From contig JAJNBR010000001.1 of assembly GCA_021156265.1 (NCBI GenBank), positions 1 to 35,930 on the forward strand: 35,930 nucleotides of DNA. The letters run 5' to 3'. This DNA is from Flavipsychrobacter sp. (lineage in GTDB: Bacteria; Bacteroidota; Bacteroidia; Chitinophagales; Chitinophagaceae). A model generated the notes under the pieces. That model searched no databases. It had not been told where the DNA came from and saw nothing but the letters and a program-made list of their open reading frames with translations. Shown here in pieces: positions 18,398-26,574 of this stretch; positions within the stretch are counted from its first letter, which is position 1, and every line of letters starts with the position of its first letter. The translations under genes and the position numbers were made by a program.

Positions 18398-18868
18398 TTA
18401 GTTTCTTTCGGCGATCTCTTTTACCAGTGCCAGCGCTTTTGGAAACGTGCCGGTAAAGTAGTCGGCAAATTCATTGGATATGTCCATATCAACGGTAAGT
18501 TCGGTTTTTCCGTTCACTGTCTTCAGTGTATAGTTTTCCTGGGCATTGGCCCAACCCTGTGCTTCCGCCGAGGTGAAATCCTCAACGCCGTCTTTCACCT
18601 CACCCTTATGTGTAAACGACATGTACTCGTTGGGTATCAGGTCGCTGATGACAGACGTCATACCGCGGTCTTCGCTAGCCAGGAAGAGTATTTTGCTGCC
18701 TTTCTTCCAATCACTGACAGCATGAGAACCCGCACCGAATACAGCCGTCCATTCGCGGTAGTTCGCATCTTCCCAAAGGGCATTCCATACTTTTTCGCGA
18801 GGGGCGTCGATGGTTACTGTGAATTGTTTTCTTTCAGTTGCTTTTTCGTTAGTGGTTTGTGTAGACAT
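18398..18868 (-). CDS. SRPBCC (START/Bet v1-like) domain protein
   Basis: VTIDAPREKVWNALW..YREWT..DWKKGSKILFL..FPKALALVKEIAE. Confidence 0.9.
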   Translation of the reverse strand: MSTQTTNEKATERKQFTVTIDAPREKVWNALWEDANYREWTAVFGAGSHAVSDWKKGSKILFLASEDRGMTSVISDLIPNEYMSFTHKGEVKDGVEDFTSAEAQGWANAQENYTLKTVNGKTELTVDMDISNEFADYFTGTFPKALALVKEIAERN

Positions 18869-18905
18869 AGTTTATTGTTTTTTTTGATTGTTATTAGTCG
18901 ATCAG

Positions 18906-19328
18906 TTACTTGTTGTTTTTGTCAAAGCTTATCATCCATTGCACTTTGAATTTATCGGTGAACATCCCAAAGTAGCTGCCCCAAAAGGTGTCTTCCAACG
19001 GCATCATGATCTTGCCACCATCAGAAAGACCTTTGAAAAGCCTGTCGGCTTCTTCACGGCTCTCTGCATTTACGGAGATGAAGAAGTTAGTGCCAATGTT
19101 TGCCGGTCCGAATGCCTGAGGCACGTCACTACCCATCAATACCGTACTTTGACCTATGGGAAGGGAAATATGCAACACCTTTTCGGCTTCGGCTTCGGTC
19201 AACGGCTGATCAGGAGGCGCGTCTTTAAAGCGGCTCAGGGAATATTCGCCACCAAATGCAGACTTGTAAAAGTTGAACGCTTCTTCGCAATTTCCGTTGA
19301 AGTGTACATAAGGACTTAGAGTTGCCAT
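18906..19328 (-). CDS. VOC family protein, PhnB-like
   Basis: PYVHFNGNCEEAFNFYK..LMGSD..MPLEDTFWGSYFGMFTDKFKVQW. Confidence 0.92.
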   Translation of the reverse strand: MATLSPYVHFNGNCEEAFNFYKSAFGGEYSLSRFKDAPPDQPLTEAEAEKVLHISLPIGQSTVLMGSDVPQAFGPANIGTNFFISVNAESREEADRLFKGLSDGGKIMMPLEDTFWGSYFGMFTDKFKVQWMISFDKNNK

Positions 19329-19343
19329 AGTGTTGTTGTTGTT

Positions 19344-19769
19344 TTATGATGATTGTTGTTGTTGATTCTTATCGTAATGCAAAAGCCAGTTGATGCCAAA
19401 CCTGTCTTCCAATGCGCCGAATTTGGCACCCCAGAACATCTCTGCCAGCGGGTCGATCACCTGGCCGCCATCAGCCAGTGTTTTGAAGTAGGTGTTGATC
19501 TCTTCGTCGTTACTGCAATTGAGCATCAGCGATACGCGGTTACCGTTTGCAAGTTTCTCACGCGCCATATCCGAAGCCATGATAATGAGATTGCCTTTCC
19601 TCAGCATAGAATGAAGTACATGCTGGCGCATTTGACTTGGTATCTTGTCCGCCATAGGTGTACCGTCAACGGTTTGCAGGGTCAGTTCACCACCGAGACA
19701 CTCTTTGTAATAATTCATAGCTTCGCGGCAATTTCCATTGAACGTGAGGTATGCATTTATCTGTGTCAT
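19344..19769 (-). CDS. VOC family protein, PhnB-like
   Basis: AYLTFNGNCREAMNYYK..IMASD..FWGAKFGALEDRFGINW. Confidence 0.92.
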   Translation of the reverse strand: MTQINAYLTFNGNCREAMNYYKECLGGELTLQTVDGTPMADKIPSQMRQHVLHSMLRKGNLIIMASDMAREKLANGNRVSLMLNCSNDEEINTYFKTLADGGQVIDPLAEMFWGAKFGALEDRFGINWLLHYDKNQQQQSS

Positions 19770-19953
19770 AAAAAACTATTGTTCGGTGCTGTTCGTTATT
19801 ACAAAGCAAACGTACGACCGTTAACTTTACGTTACGGGTGGTAAATACGTCATTTAACGGGTTGTTTGCGACAAGTTTTTTAACGAAATTTATCCTCTCA
19901 AATCCAGTGTGTTGAAACACAACGTTTTAATGTCATTTAGTAAACCATTTCAG

Positions 19954-20928
19954 ATGAAGCATATATCGATTTTAGTACCGTCAGGATCCGTTTTAGGTAG
20001 TATAGAGGGACCCCGCCAGGTGTTTGTAGAAGTGAATAAATTCCTGCAGAACACAGGCCGCCCGGTACTATCAAAAGTTCAATTAGTTGGGCTGCAGAAA
20101 GAGACACCTGCCGCAGGTGGCAGATATATGGTGCACGCCGATGCAGTAATTGACGAAGTCGACAAAACAGACCTCATCATAATACCGGCACTTGATGGTG
20201 ACATGCCGACAGTATTAAACACGAACAAGGCGTTTATTCCGTGGATAAAATATCAATATGCAAACGGCGCTGAGGTAGCCAGTCTGTGCGTAGGTGCGTT
20301 TATGCTGGCGTCTACAGGTCTCATTACAGGAAAGGCCTGCGCCACACACTGGATGGCCGCTAACGATTTTCGTAAGATGTTCCCTGAAGTGAAGCTGGTA
20401 GAGGATAAGATCATCACCGATGAGGATGGCATATACTCCAGCGGCGGTGCCTTCTCTTATCTTAACCTGATACTATACCTGGTAGAAAAATATGCAGGAC
20501 GCGAGACCGCCGTGTTTTTTGCCAAGGCTTTCCAGATAGATATGCAACGCAACAGCCAGTCGCAGTTCATCATCTTCCAGGGACAAAAAGACCATGCGGA
20601 TACGGAAGTAAAGCGCGCGCAGGAGTATATAGAATCTAACTACGCCGAGAAACTCTCTGTTGATGAATTGGCCTCAATGCTGTTTATCGGCAGGCGTAAT
20701 TTTGAACGCAGGTTCAAGAAAGCAACATCCAATACGGTGGCTGAATACATTCAGCGGGTGAAAATAGAAGCCGCTAAGATCAGTTTGGAGTCTGTAAACG
20801 AGAATGTGAATGACATTATGTACAAAGTGGGGTATACTGACACCAAAGCATTCCGTAATACTTTTAAAAGGATAACCGGATTGTCCCCGGTGCAGTATAG
20901 GAACAAATATTTGCGAGCGGTGTCATAA
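19954..20928 (+). CDS. GlxA-family AraC transcriptional regulator (DJ-1/PfpI-like sensor plus HTH)
   Basis: DLIIIPA, ASLCVGAFMLA, ATHW, IYSSGG, RRNFERRFKKAT and VGYTDTKAFRNTFKRITGLSP motifs. Start at MKHISIL (19954). Confidence 0.93.
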   Translation: MKHISILVPSGSVLGSIEGPRQVFVEVNKFLQNTGRPVLSKVQLVGLQKETPAAGGRYMVHADAVIDEVDKTDLIIIPALDGDMPTVLNTNKAFIPWIKYQYANGAEVASLCVGAFMLASTGLITGKACATHWMAANDFRKMFPEVKLVEDKIITDEDGIYSSGGAFSYLNLILYLVEKYAGRETAVFFAKAFQIDMQRNSQSQFIIFQGQKDHADTEVKRAQEYIESNYAEKLSVDELASMLFIGRRNFERRFKKATSNTVAEYIQRVKIEAAKISLESVNENVNDIMYKVGYTDTKAFRNTFKRITGLSPVQYRNKYLRAVS

Positions 20929-21153
20929 AAACTAAAAAGACCAATAGCGTTTTTCTTAGTGTTGGTTAAGCGGTATTTCAAACCACGTTACTTTCGTTTG
21001 ATAAAAGATTGAACATCTTCCGGACTTACCCTTTTGTATATAAGTGTTTGATCGTGTTCGTTCTTCTATGAGGCGAATTTTCACTGCAATTCAAAACTTG
21101 TCATCTCATTAATTCGTTGATAGGTGATATGTAGTAGAATGAATAAATTGTTG

Positions 21154-21161
21154 TATATTTG
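21154..21161 (+). promoter_or_regulatory. -7 promoter box with no credible downstream CDS
   Basis: TATATTTG within TTGTTGTATATTTGCA, identical to 15104-15119. Confidence 0.5.
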
Positions 21162-21425
21162 CACTGGTAGTTTTTTGAATAAGCTAAAACTGTGTTTCGC
21201 ACGGTGTGTTTTTTTTATTCTCTTAAAAAGTACACAAACATACACAAGTAATAAAAGAAACCCTTCGGCGGCTGCGGCAACAATGGTTATCTTTTTTTTG
21301 CCGGCGTGCATATCGTAATTCGTTGAAACGCAGTTCTTTGGAAGCCTAACTAAGAAAAATGTTGTCTCGAAAAAACGCTGAAAACGGCAACAAAAGTTAT
21401 CATTTTTGGAAGGCAGCCGATATGG

Positions 21426-21461
21426 ATAAATAACAATCGGCTGCCTTTCCAGACAGCCGAT
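21426..21461 (-). terminator. Probable terminator downstream of tRNA-Arg
   Basis: ATCGGCTG (21436-21443) / CAGCCGAT (21454-21461) stem, followed on the - strand by TGTTATTTAT. Confidence 0.6.
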
Positions 21462-21471
21462 GCATTTTGAG

Positions 21472-21546
21472 TGGTAGCCCCGCCAAGAATCGAACTTGGA
21501 TCTAAAGTTTAGGAAACTTCTATTCTATCCATTGAACTACGGGGCC
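21472..21546 (-). tRNA. tRNA-Arg (anticodon CCT)
   Basis: Reverse complement GGCCCCGTAGTTCAATGGATAGAATAGAAGTTTCCTAAACTTTAGATCCAAGTTCGATTCTTGGCGGGGCTACCA folds as a cloverleaf with encoded CCA; TATTTTTG promoter box upstream. Confidence 0.96.
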
Positions 21547-21595
21547 ATTTATTAAACCGGATTGCAAAAATAAGTTTCTGAATGAAAATGCCAAC

Positions 21596-22189
21596 TTAAT
21601 TTCTCCAGCGCAACGTTTGTATGAGGTGCTCCATATCCTTCCGCAGAAATTCGTTCACCGGTTTGAGTGAATCTGCATTAGGCGTCACATCAAAATACAA
21701 TGCACCGCGAATGTAGTGCCGCACAGAATCTGTGGCGTAAAACTGGTAAGCAGATGCGGCATTGCCCGTCACATTGTAGAAAATGCCATGTACCCTGTTT
21801 GTGTCATCATGAAATACAAAATCATCTATATAATCGGCACGCTTGGTGTGAAAGATGGTCATTTCATAGGAATCATCCAACAGCTTATCAAGCGTCTGGT
21901 CCGGGCCGATGATCTTATAACTAACATATATACGTCCGCCTATGGAAGGGAAATCAATGTTTATCCAGTAGGGGTTCTCTGGCTTTTCACCAAAAAAGTT
22001 GGTGTCGGGTATGACCTTACCATACACCGGGTATTCAAAGCTGTACGGGTAAGCCGGGTTATCAAATTTCTGGTAGTTATGCTCGGGCAGCTCAACTTCA
22101 TAATAGCCGCGAGGCCTTGGCGTATAGGTTTCTGGCCTGCATGACCAGAGCAGGGAGCAAATAAAAAATGCAATAATATAGCGGGACAT
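21596..22189 (-). CDS. gldD: Gliding motility lipoprotein GldD
   Basis: Lipobox LWS|C, YTPRPRGY, PYSFEYP, GNAASAYQFYATDS.RHYIRGALYF..PNADSL.P. Confidence 0.92.
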   Translation of the reverse strand: MSRYIIAFFICSLLWSCRPETYTPRPRGYYEVELPEHNYQKFDNPAYPYSFEYPVYGKVIPDTNFFGEKPENPYWINIDFPSIGGRIYVSYKIIGPDQTLDKLLDDSYEMTIFHTKRADYIDDFVFHDDTNRVHGIFYNVTGNAASAYQFYATDSVRHYIRGALYFDVTPNADSLKPVNEFLRKDMEHLIQTLRWRN

Positions 22190-22303
22190 GTGGCCAAAAC
22201 TACAAAATCCTGTAAACCTTTGCCAGTAAGGCTTTTAAACTTCTGCTAAAACGACTGGGTTTCTTTTGTTAATTTCGCACCCAATTCTCAATACGACTCA
22301 CTT

Positions 22304-22618
22304 ATGCAAGACCAACAACCCCAGGAGCAACAACTTAATATAGAACTGACGGAAGAAATGTCGGATGGTGTTTATTCGAACCTGGTTATCATAACCCATT
22401 CATTTGCAGAATTTGTATTTGATTTTGTAAATGTGATGCCCAATGTGCCCAAGGCGAAAGTAAAATCGCGCGTTGTAATGACCCCTCAGCATGCAAAACG
22501 CCTGATGCGTGCACTGGTAGAGAATGTGAAGCGCTTCGAAGCAGCTAACGGACCAATTAAAGAACAGGAGCAGGTAAATGTTCCCTTCACCTTTGGCGGC
22601 ACTACCGGCCAGGCTTAA
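22304..22618 (+). CDS. DUF3467 domain protein
   Basis: QLNIEL..GVYSNLVIITHS.AEFVFDF..P.AKVKSRVVMTPQHAKRL. Confidence 0.9.
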   Translation: MQDQQPQEQQLNIELTEEMSDGVYSNLVIITHSFAEFVFDFVNVMPNVPKAKVKSRVVMTPQHAKRLMRALVENVKRFEAANGPIKEQEQVNVPFTFGGTTGQA

Positions 22619-22630
22619 TAATATAAATAA

Positions 22631-24169
22631 ATGAACGAAAAGATACTCATACTCGATTTTGGCAGCCAGTATACACAGCTGATAGCGCGGAACATTCGCG
22701 AGCTGAATATTTACTGCGAAATTCAGCCATGCACTAAACCCGTAAACTTCACGCCAGATCTGAAAGGTGTGATTTTTTCGGGGAGCCCGTTTTCTGTGAA
22801 TGACCCTGTAGCGCCTAAACCGGATATAAAAGCAATAGCAGACAAACTGCCTGTGTTGGCCGTATGTTATGGTGCGCAGCTGCTGGCACAGCAGAGTGGT
22901 GGCGAAGTAGGTAAATCTACCCACCGTGAGTATGGCCGTGCCCACCTGCAAGGAGTAGTTCATGATCCTTTATTTGCAACGATCGCTGATGGATCGCAGG
23001 TATGGATGAGTCATAGCGATACCATCAAACGCCTGCCTGAAGGCTTTACTGTATTAGCGCGTACTGAATCAATTCCCGTTGCCGCCTATAAAGCGACTGA
23101 AGGTTATGCTCAAAATCCGGTATATGCTATCCAGTTTCACCCCGAGGTAACGCATAGCACAGATGGTCGCCAGCTGTTGAAAAATTTCGTAGTGGACATT
23201 TGCGGATGCACACAAGACTGGACACCCGCTGCATTCATTCACGAAACAGTTGAGCGCATCAAAGAACAAGTAGGCGACCAAAAGGTGGTAATGGCGCTGA
23301 GCGGCGGGGTAGATTCTACGGTAGCAGCTACGCTGGTACATAGGGCCATTGGGGACAATCTGTATTGCATATTTGTAGATAACGGCTTGCTGCGCAAGAA
23401 TGAGTTTGAACAAGTATTGGATGGCTATAAACATCTTGGCCTGAATACCAAAGGCGTTGATGCTAAACAACTGTTCTATTCAAAACTCGACGGTGTAACT
23501 GATCCGGAGCAAAAACGAAAGATTATCGGTGGTCTCTTCATAGATGTGTTCTCTGAAGAAGCCCATCACATAAAAGATGTAAAGTTCCTTGGGCAGGGTA
23601 CCATTTACCCTGACGTGATCGAGTCAATATCTGTACACGGTCCTTCGGTAACTATCAAGTCGCACCACAATGTAGGTGGCCTGCCTGAAAAAATGCACAT
23701 GCAGCTGGTAGAACCTCTGCGTTTCCTGTTCAAAGACGAAGTTCGCAGGATAGGCCGCGAGCTGGGCATCGACGAGATGTTCCTGCAGCGCCATCCATTC
23801 CCGGGTCCGGGTCTTGGTATTCGTGTGCTGGGTGCTATTACAGAAGATAAAGTGAAAATGTTGCAGGAAGCTGATGCTATATATACCCAGCACCTGCGCG
23901 ACAGCGGTCAATACAGCCAGGTGTGGCAGGCAGGGGCGATTCTGCTCCCTGTACAGAGCGTAGGCGTAATGGGCGACGAGCGCACTTATGAATATACTAT
24001 TGCGCTTCGTGCTGTCACTTCTGTAGATGGTATGACTGCCGACTGGGCGCACCTGCCATATGAGTTCCTGGCTAAGGTGTCTAACGACATCATTAATTAT
24101 GTAAAAGGCATTAACCGCGTGGTGTATGATATCAGCTCAAAACCGCCGGCAACTATAGAGTGGGAATAG
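22631..24169 (+). CDS. guaA: GMP synthase (glutamine-hydrolysing)
   Basis: [49 protein letters not shown]. Confidence 0.98.
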   Translation: MNEKILILDFGSQYTQLIARNIRELNIYCEIQPCTKPVNFTPDLKGVIFSGSPFSVNDPVAPKPDIKAIADKLPVLAVCYGAQLLAQQSGGEVGKSTHREYGRAHLQGVVHDPLFATIADGSQVWMSHSDTIKRLPEGFTVLARTESIPVAAYKATEGYAQNPVYAIQFHPEVTHSTDGRQLLKNFVVDICGCTQDWTPAAFIHETVERIKEQVGDQKVVMALSGGVDSTVAATLVHRAIGDNLYCIFVDNGLLRKNEFEQVLDGYKHLGLNTKGVDAKQLFYSKLDGVTDPEQKRKIIGGLFIDVFSEEAHHIKDVKFLGQGTIYPDVIESISVHGPSVTIKSHHNVGGLPEKMHMQLVEPLRFLFKDEVRRIGRELGIDEMFLQRHPFPGPGLGIRVLGAITEDKVKMLQEADAIYTQHLRDSGQYSQVWQAGAILLPVQSVGVMGDERTYEYTIALRAVTSVDGMTADWAHLPYEFLAKVSNDIINYVKGINRVVYDISSKPPATIEWE

Positions 24170-24184
24170 ATAAATAGCGCATCC

Positions 24185-25468
24185 ATGAAACGCACTGTCT
24201 ACTTTTTGCTGTTTACTTTGTTTGTAGCTGGCTACAGTGATACGGCACAGGCACAGCTATGGAAAAAGATATTCGGCAAGGAAAAACCAAAGAAGAAGCC
24301 ACCTGTTAAAAAGCCACCGGTAAAGAAACCGCCTGTTGCTAAACCGGTGAAGAAGCGGGAGATTGATTATCCCGTTTCTGTCAGGAAGGAGCGATATCGC
24401 GTGGACGTGTTGGTGCCTTTGTATCTTGACGAGCTCGTGCAAAATGATAAAGTAACGTTCAAAAGCAAACTTCCTGCCAAAGCCTTGACTGGTATGGAGT
24501 TTTACGAGGGTGTCAAACTCGCTGCGGATACATTGACATCTTTGGGATTCGATGTTGATATACATGTACACGATATCCAGGATGTGCGCAATACGCCCGC
24601 ACTACTTGCAAAAAATAAGGGTCTTGATTCTTCTGATCTGATAATCGGAGCCGTGCAGTCTCAGCAGACACCGGCCTTTGCTTCGTTTGCAAAAGACAGG
24701 AAGATCAATTTTATTTCGGCATTGTCCCCCTCCGATGCAGACGTGACCAACAATCCTTACTTTACTTTGTTGCAGCCTACTTTACAATCGCATTGTAGCC
24801 GGATAATGGCAACAGTAAAAAGCAGGTATGCCCGTGTAAAACCTTTGTTGTTGTACCGGACGTCAACAAGCGTTGATCAAAGTGCGTACAAATACCTAAC
24901 CGGCGCCGATAGTAATGTTGCAAAAGTGCAAGTTAACCAATTGCCAGCGCGCCAGCAGTTGCGTCCGTTACTGGATAGCAACGGAAGCAATGTTGTGATT
25001 GTAGGCGTGGTAGATGTGACATATGCTGAGAACTTGCTCAGGCATCTCAATGCATTATTTCCACAATTTAAGTTCGAGGTTTACGGAATGCCCTCGTGGT
25101 CGACTATGGCAAGTTTGCGTAAGGCCGGCAATTACACGAACATGACTATTTATGTCACCACACCATTTCATTATGATTCGTCAACCCCCGCGGCCCAGTC
25201 GCTGGCTGATGAGTATAAAAAGGCGTTCAACATAGGCAAGCCCGGTGAAATGGTATATCGCGGTTATGAAACCATGTATTGGTACGCTTACCTGCTCAAT
25301 AAGTATGGCACTATTTTCAACACGCATGTTGCAGACAACGTGGGGGTGCCGTTCACGAAGTTCGACATCAAAACAAAATGGGACACTGACAATAATCTGT
25401 TCTACCAGGAAAATCTGAATTTGTACTGGTATCGCTACACCGATGGTTCCTTTACGGTTTCCCAGTAG
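24185..25468 (+). CDS. Exported periplasmic-binding-protein type 1 (PBP1) fold protein
   Basis: Signal peptide; VLVPLYL..EFYEGVKLAADTL..VHD..DLIIGAV..P..YRGYE pattern; directly downstream of guaA. Confidence 0.8.
   Translation: MKRTVYFLLFTLFVAGYSDTAQAQLWKKIFGKEKPKKKPPVKKPPVKKPPVAKPVKKREIDYPVSVRKERYRVDVLVPLYLDELVQNDKVTFKSKLPAKALTGMEFYEGVKLAADTLTSLGFDVDIHVHDIQDVRNTPALLAKNKGLDSSDLIIGAVQSQQTPAFASFAKDRKINFISALSPSDADVTNNPYFTLLQPTLQSHCSRIMATVKSRYARVKPLLLYRTSTSVDQSAYKYLTGADSNVAKVQVNQLPARQQLRPLLDSNGSNVVIVGVVDVTYAENLLRHLNALFPQFKFEVYGMPSWSTMASLRKAGNYTNMTIYVTTPFHYDSSTPAAQSLADEYKKAFNIGKPGEMVYRGYETMYWYAYLLNKYGTIFNTHVADNVGVPFTKFDIKTKWDTDNNLFYQENLNLYWYRYTDGSFTVSQ
24293..24355 (+). repeat. Degenerate 15-bp coding tandem repeat (KKPPV x3 plus AKPVKK)
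   Basis: aagaagccacctgtt / aaaaagccaccggta / aagaaaccgcctgtt. Confidence 0.8.
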
Positions 25469-26543
25469 CCGCCTGTGTTAATTTCTTTTTGCGGATCAAG
25501 TACACCAGGGTGAAAATGCACATTAGGACAATAGTGGCTGCAAGTAACATTATCGACGGCCCTGCAGGTTGCAGTAAATAGGCCGAGACGGTGATAACAA
25601 GGCTGGACAGAAGAATGATCATAACCGCCTGGATATGCGACAGCCCGGTATCCAGAAGGAAATAGTGCAGGTGATTGCGGTCAGCGCGGAAGGGCGAGAG
25701 ACCTTTACCCAGGCGTATGGTAAATACCCGTAAACAAACAGCTATCGGTAGCGACAGTAGTGCCAGTATAAATATCGCGGCGTTACGTTCATTGTATAGC
25801 CGGTGGGAAATGTCTGGTAGCCAATTGTACGAATTAAGGAATAGAATTGAAAGGACCGAGATCGTAAAGCCAAGCAATAATGAGCCTGTATCTCCCATAA
25901 ATATCCGGGCGGGGGTAATGTTGTAACGAAGAAATCCTGCAGTTGCTCCCATCAGGCTAAACGCCAGGCAGGCCGCGCCGGTGTTCCCCGTAAGTGAGAG
26001 ACAAATGCCCAGTATTAACGTGTATAATATGCCCATTGTGCCGGCGAGGCCGTCAATGCCATCTATGAAATTGAAGGCGTTGGTGAAAAACGTGATACTG
26101 AATATGGTAACGAAAACGCTTGCTCCATAGGACAGTTCATTAACTCCCAATAATCCATACAGGGAATGCAGGCGTATGTCGCCCGGAATGACGACAATAG
26201 CTATAGGCACCAGTTGAGCGATCAGCTTTTTCCATGAGCTCAGTTCCACAAGATCGTCCATCAACCCGGTCAGGAAAAATAACAGAGATGCGGCTATCAG
26301 GTAATGCCATTTGCCAAAAATGAACGGCTGCACCACCAGGGAGGTAACGATTATGTACGCGAAAAAAATAGCGACGCCGCCGAGGCTGGATACAGTATGA
26401 CTGTGAAACTTGCGATGATTGTCAGGCATGTCAAACAATTGTTTCCTCCCCGCCAGCGAAATGATGGCAGGTGTCGCAACCAGGCTGACAATAAAGGCTC
26501 CGAGAAAAGAAGTGAGGAACAAAATGTTTGGCGATACATTCAT
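25452..26543 (-). CDS. MraY/WecA family undecaprenyl-phosphate GlcNAc-1-phosphate transferase
   Basis: DMPD..RKFH, LGGVAI, GLMDD, NAFNFIDGIDGLA, IFMGDTGS and ADRNHLHY motifs. Confidence 0.92.
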   Translation of the reverse strand: MNVSPNILFLTSFLGAFIVSLVATPAIISLAGRKQLFDMPDNHRKFHSHTVSSLGGVAIFFAYIIVTSLVVQPFIFGKWHYLIAASLLFFLTGLMDDLVELSSWKKLIAQLVPIAIVVIPGDIRLHSLYGLLGVNELSYGASVFVTIFSITFFTNAFNFIDGIDGLAGTMGILYTLILGICLSLTGNTGAACLAFSLMGATAGFLRYNITPARIFMGDTGSLLLGFTISVLSILFLNSYNWLPDISHRLYNERNAAIFILALLSLPIAVCLRVFTIRLGKGLSPFRADRNHLHYFLLDTGLSHIQAVMIILLSSLVITVSAYLLQPAGPSIMLLAATIVLMCIFTLVYLIRKKKLTQAATGKP

Positions 26544-26574
26544 ACAAACAGCTAATTACGTAATAAACTACCGT

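Noticed and set aside
21081-21318. Overlapping 76-aa and 64-aa ORFs in the AT-rich spacer
   Set aside because: No motifs, poor start contexts and low-complexity translation
20950-21359. Inverted repeat TTTTTCTTAGT / ACTAAGAAAAA around a promoter (possible invertible promoter)
   Set aside because: Only 11 bp perfect, low complexity in AT-rich DNA, and no recombinase nearby; chance is plausible
11625-21546. Genomic island integrated at tRNA-Arg
   Set aside because: Accessory-type genes sit 3' of the tRNA, but I found no integrase, transposase or duplicated tRNA 3' end
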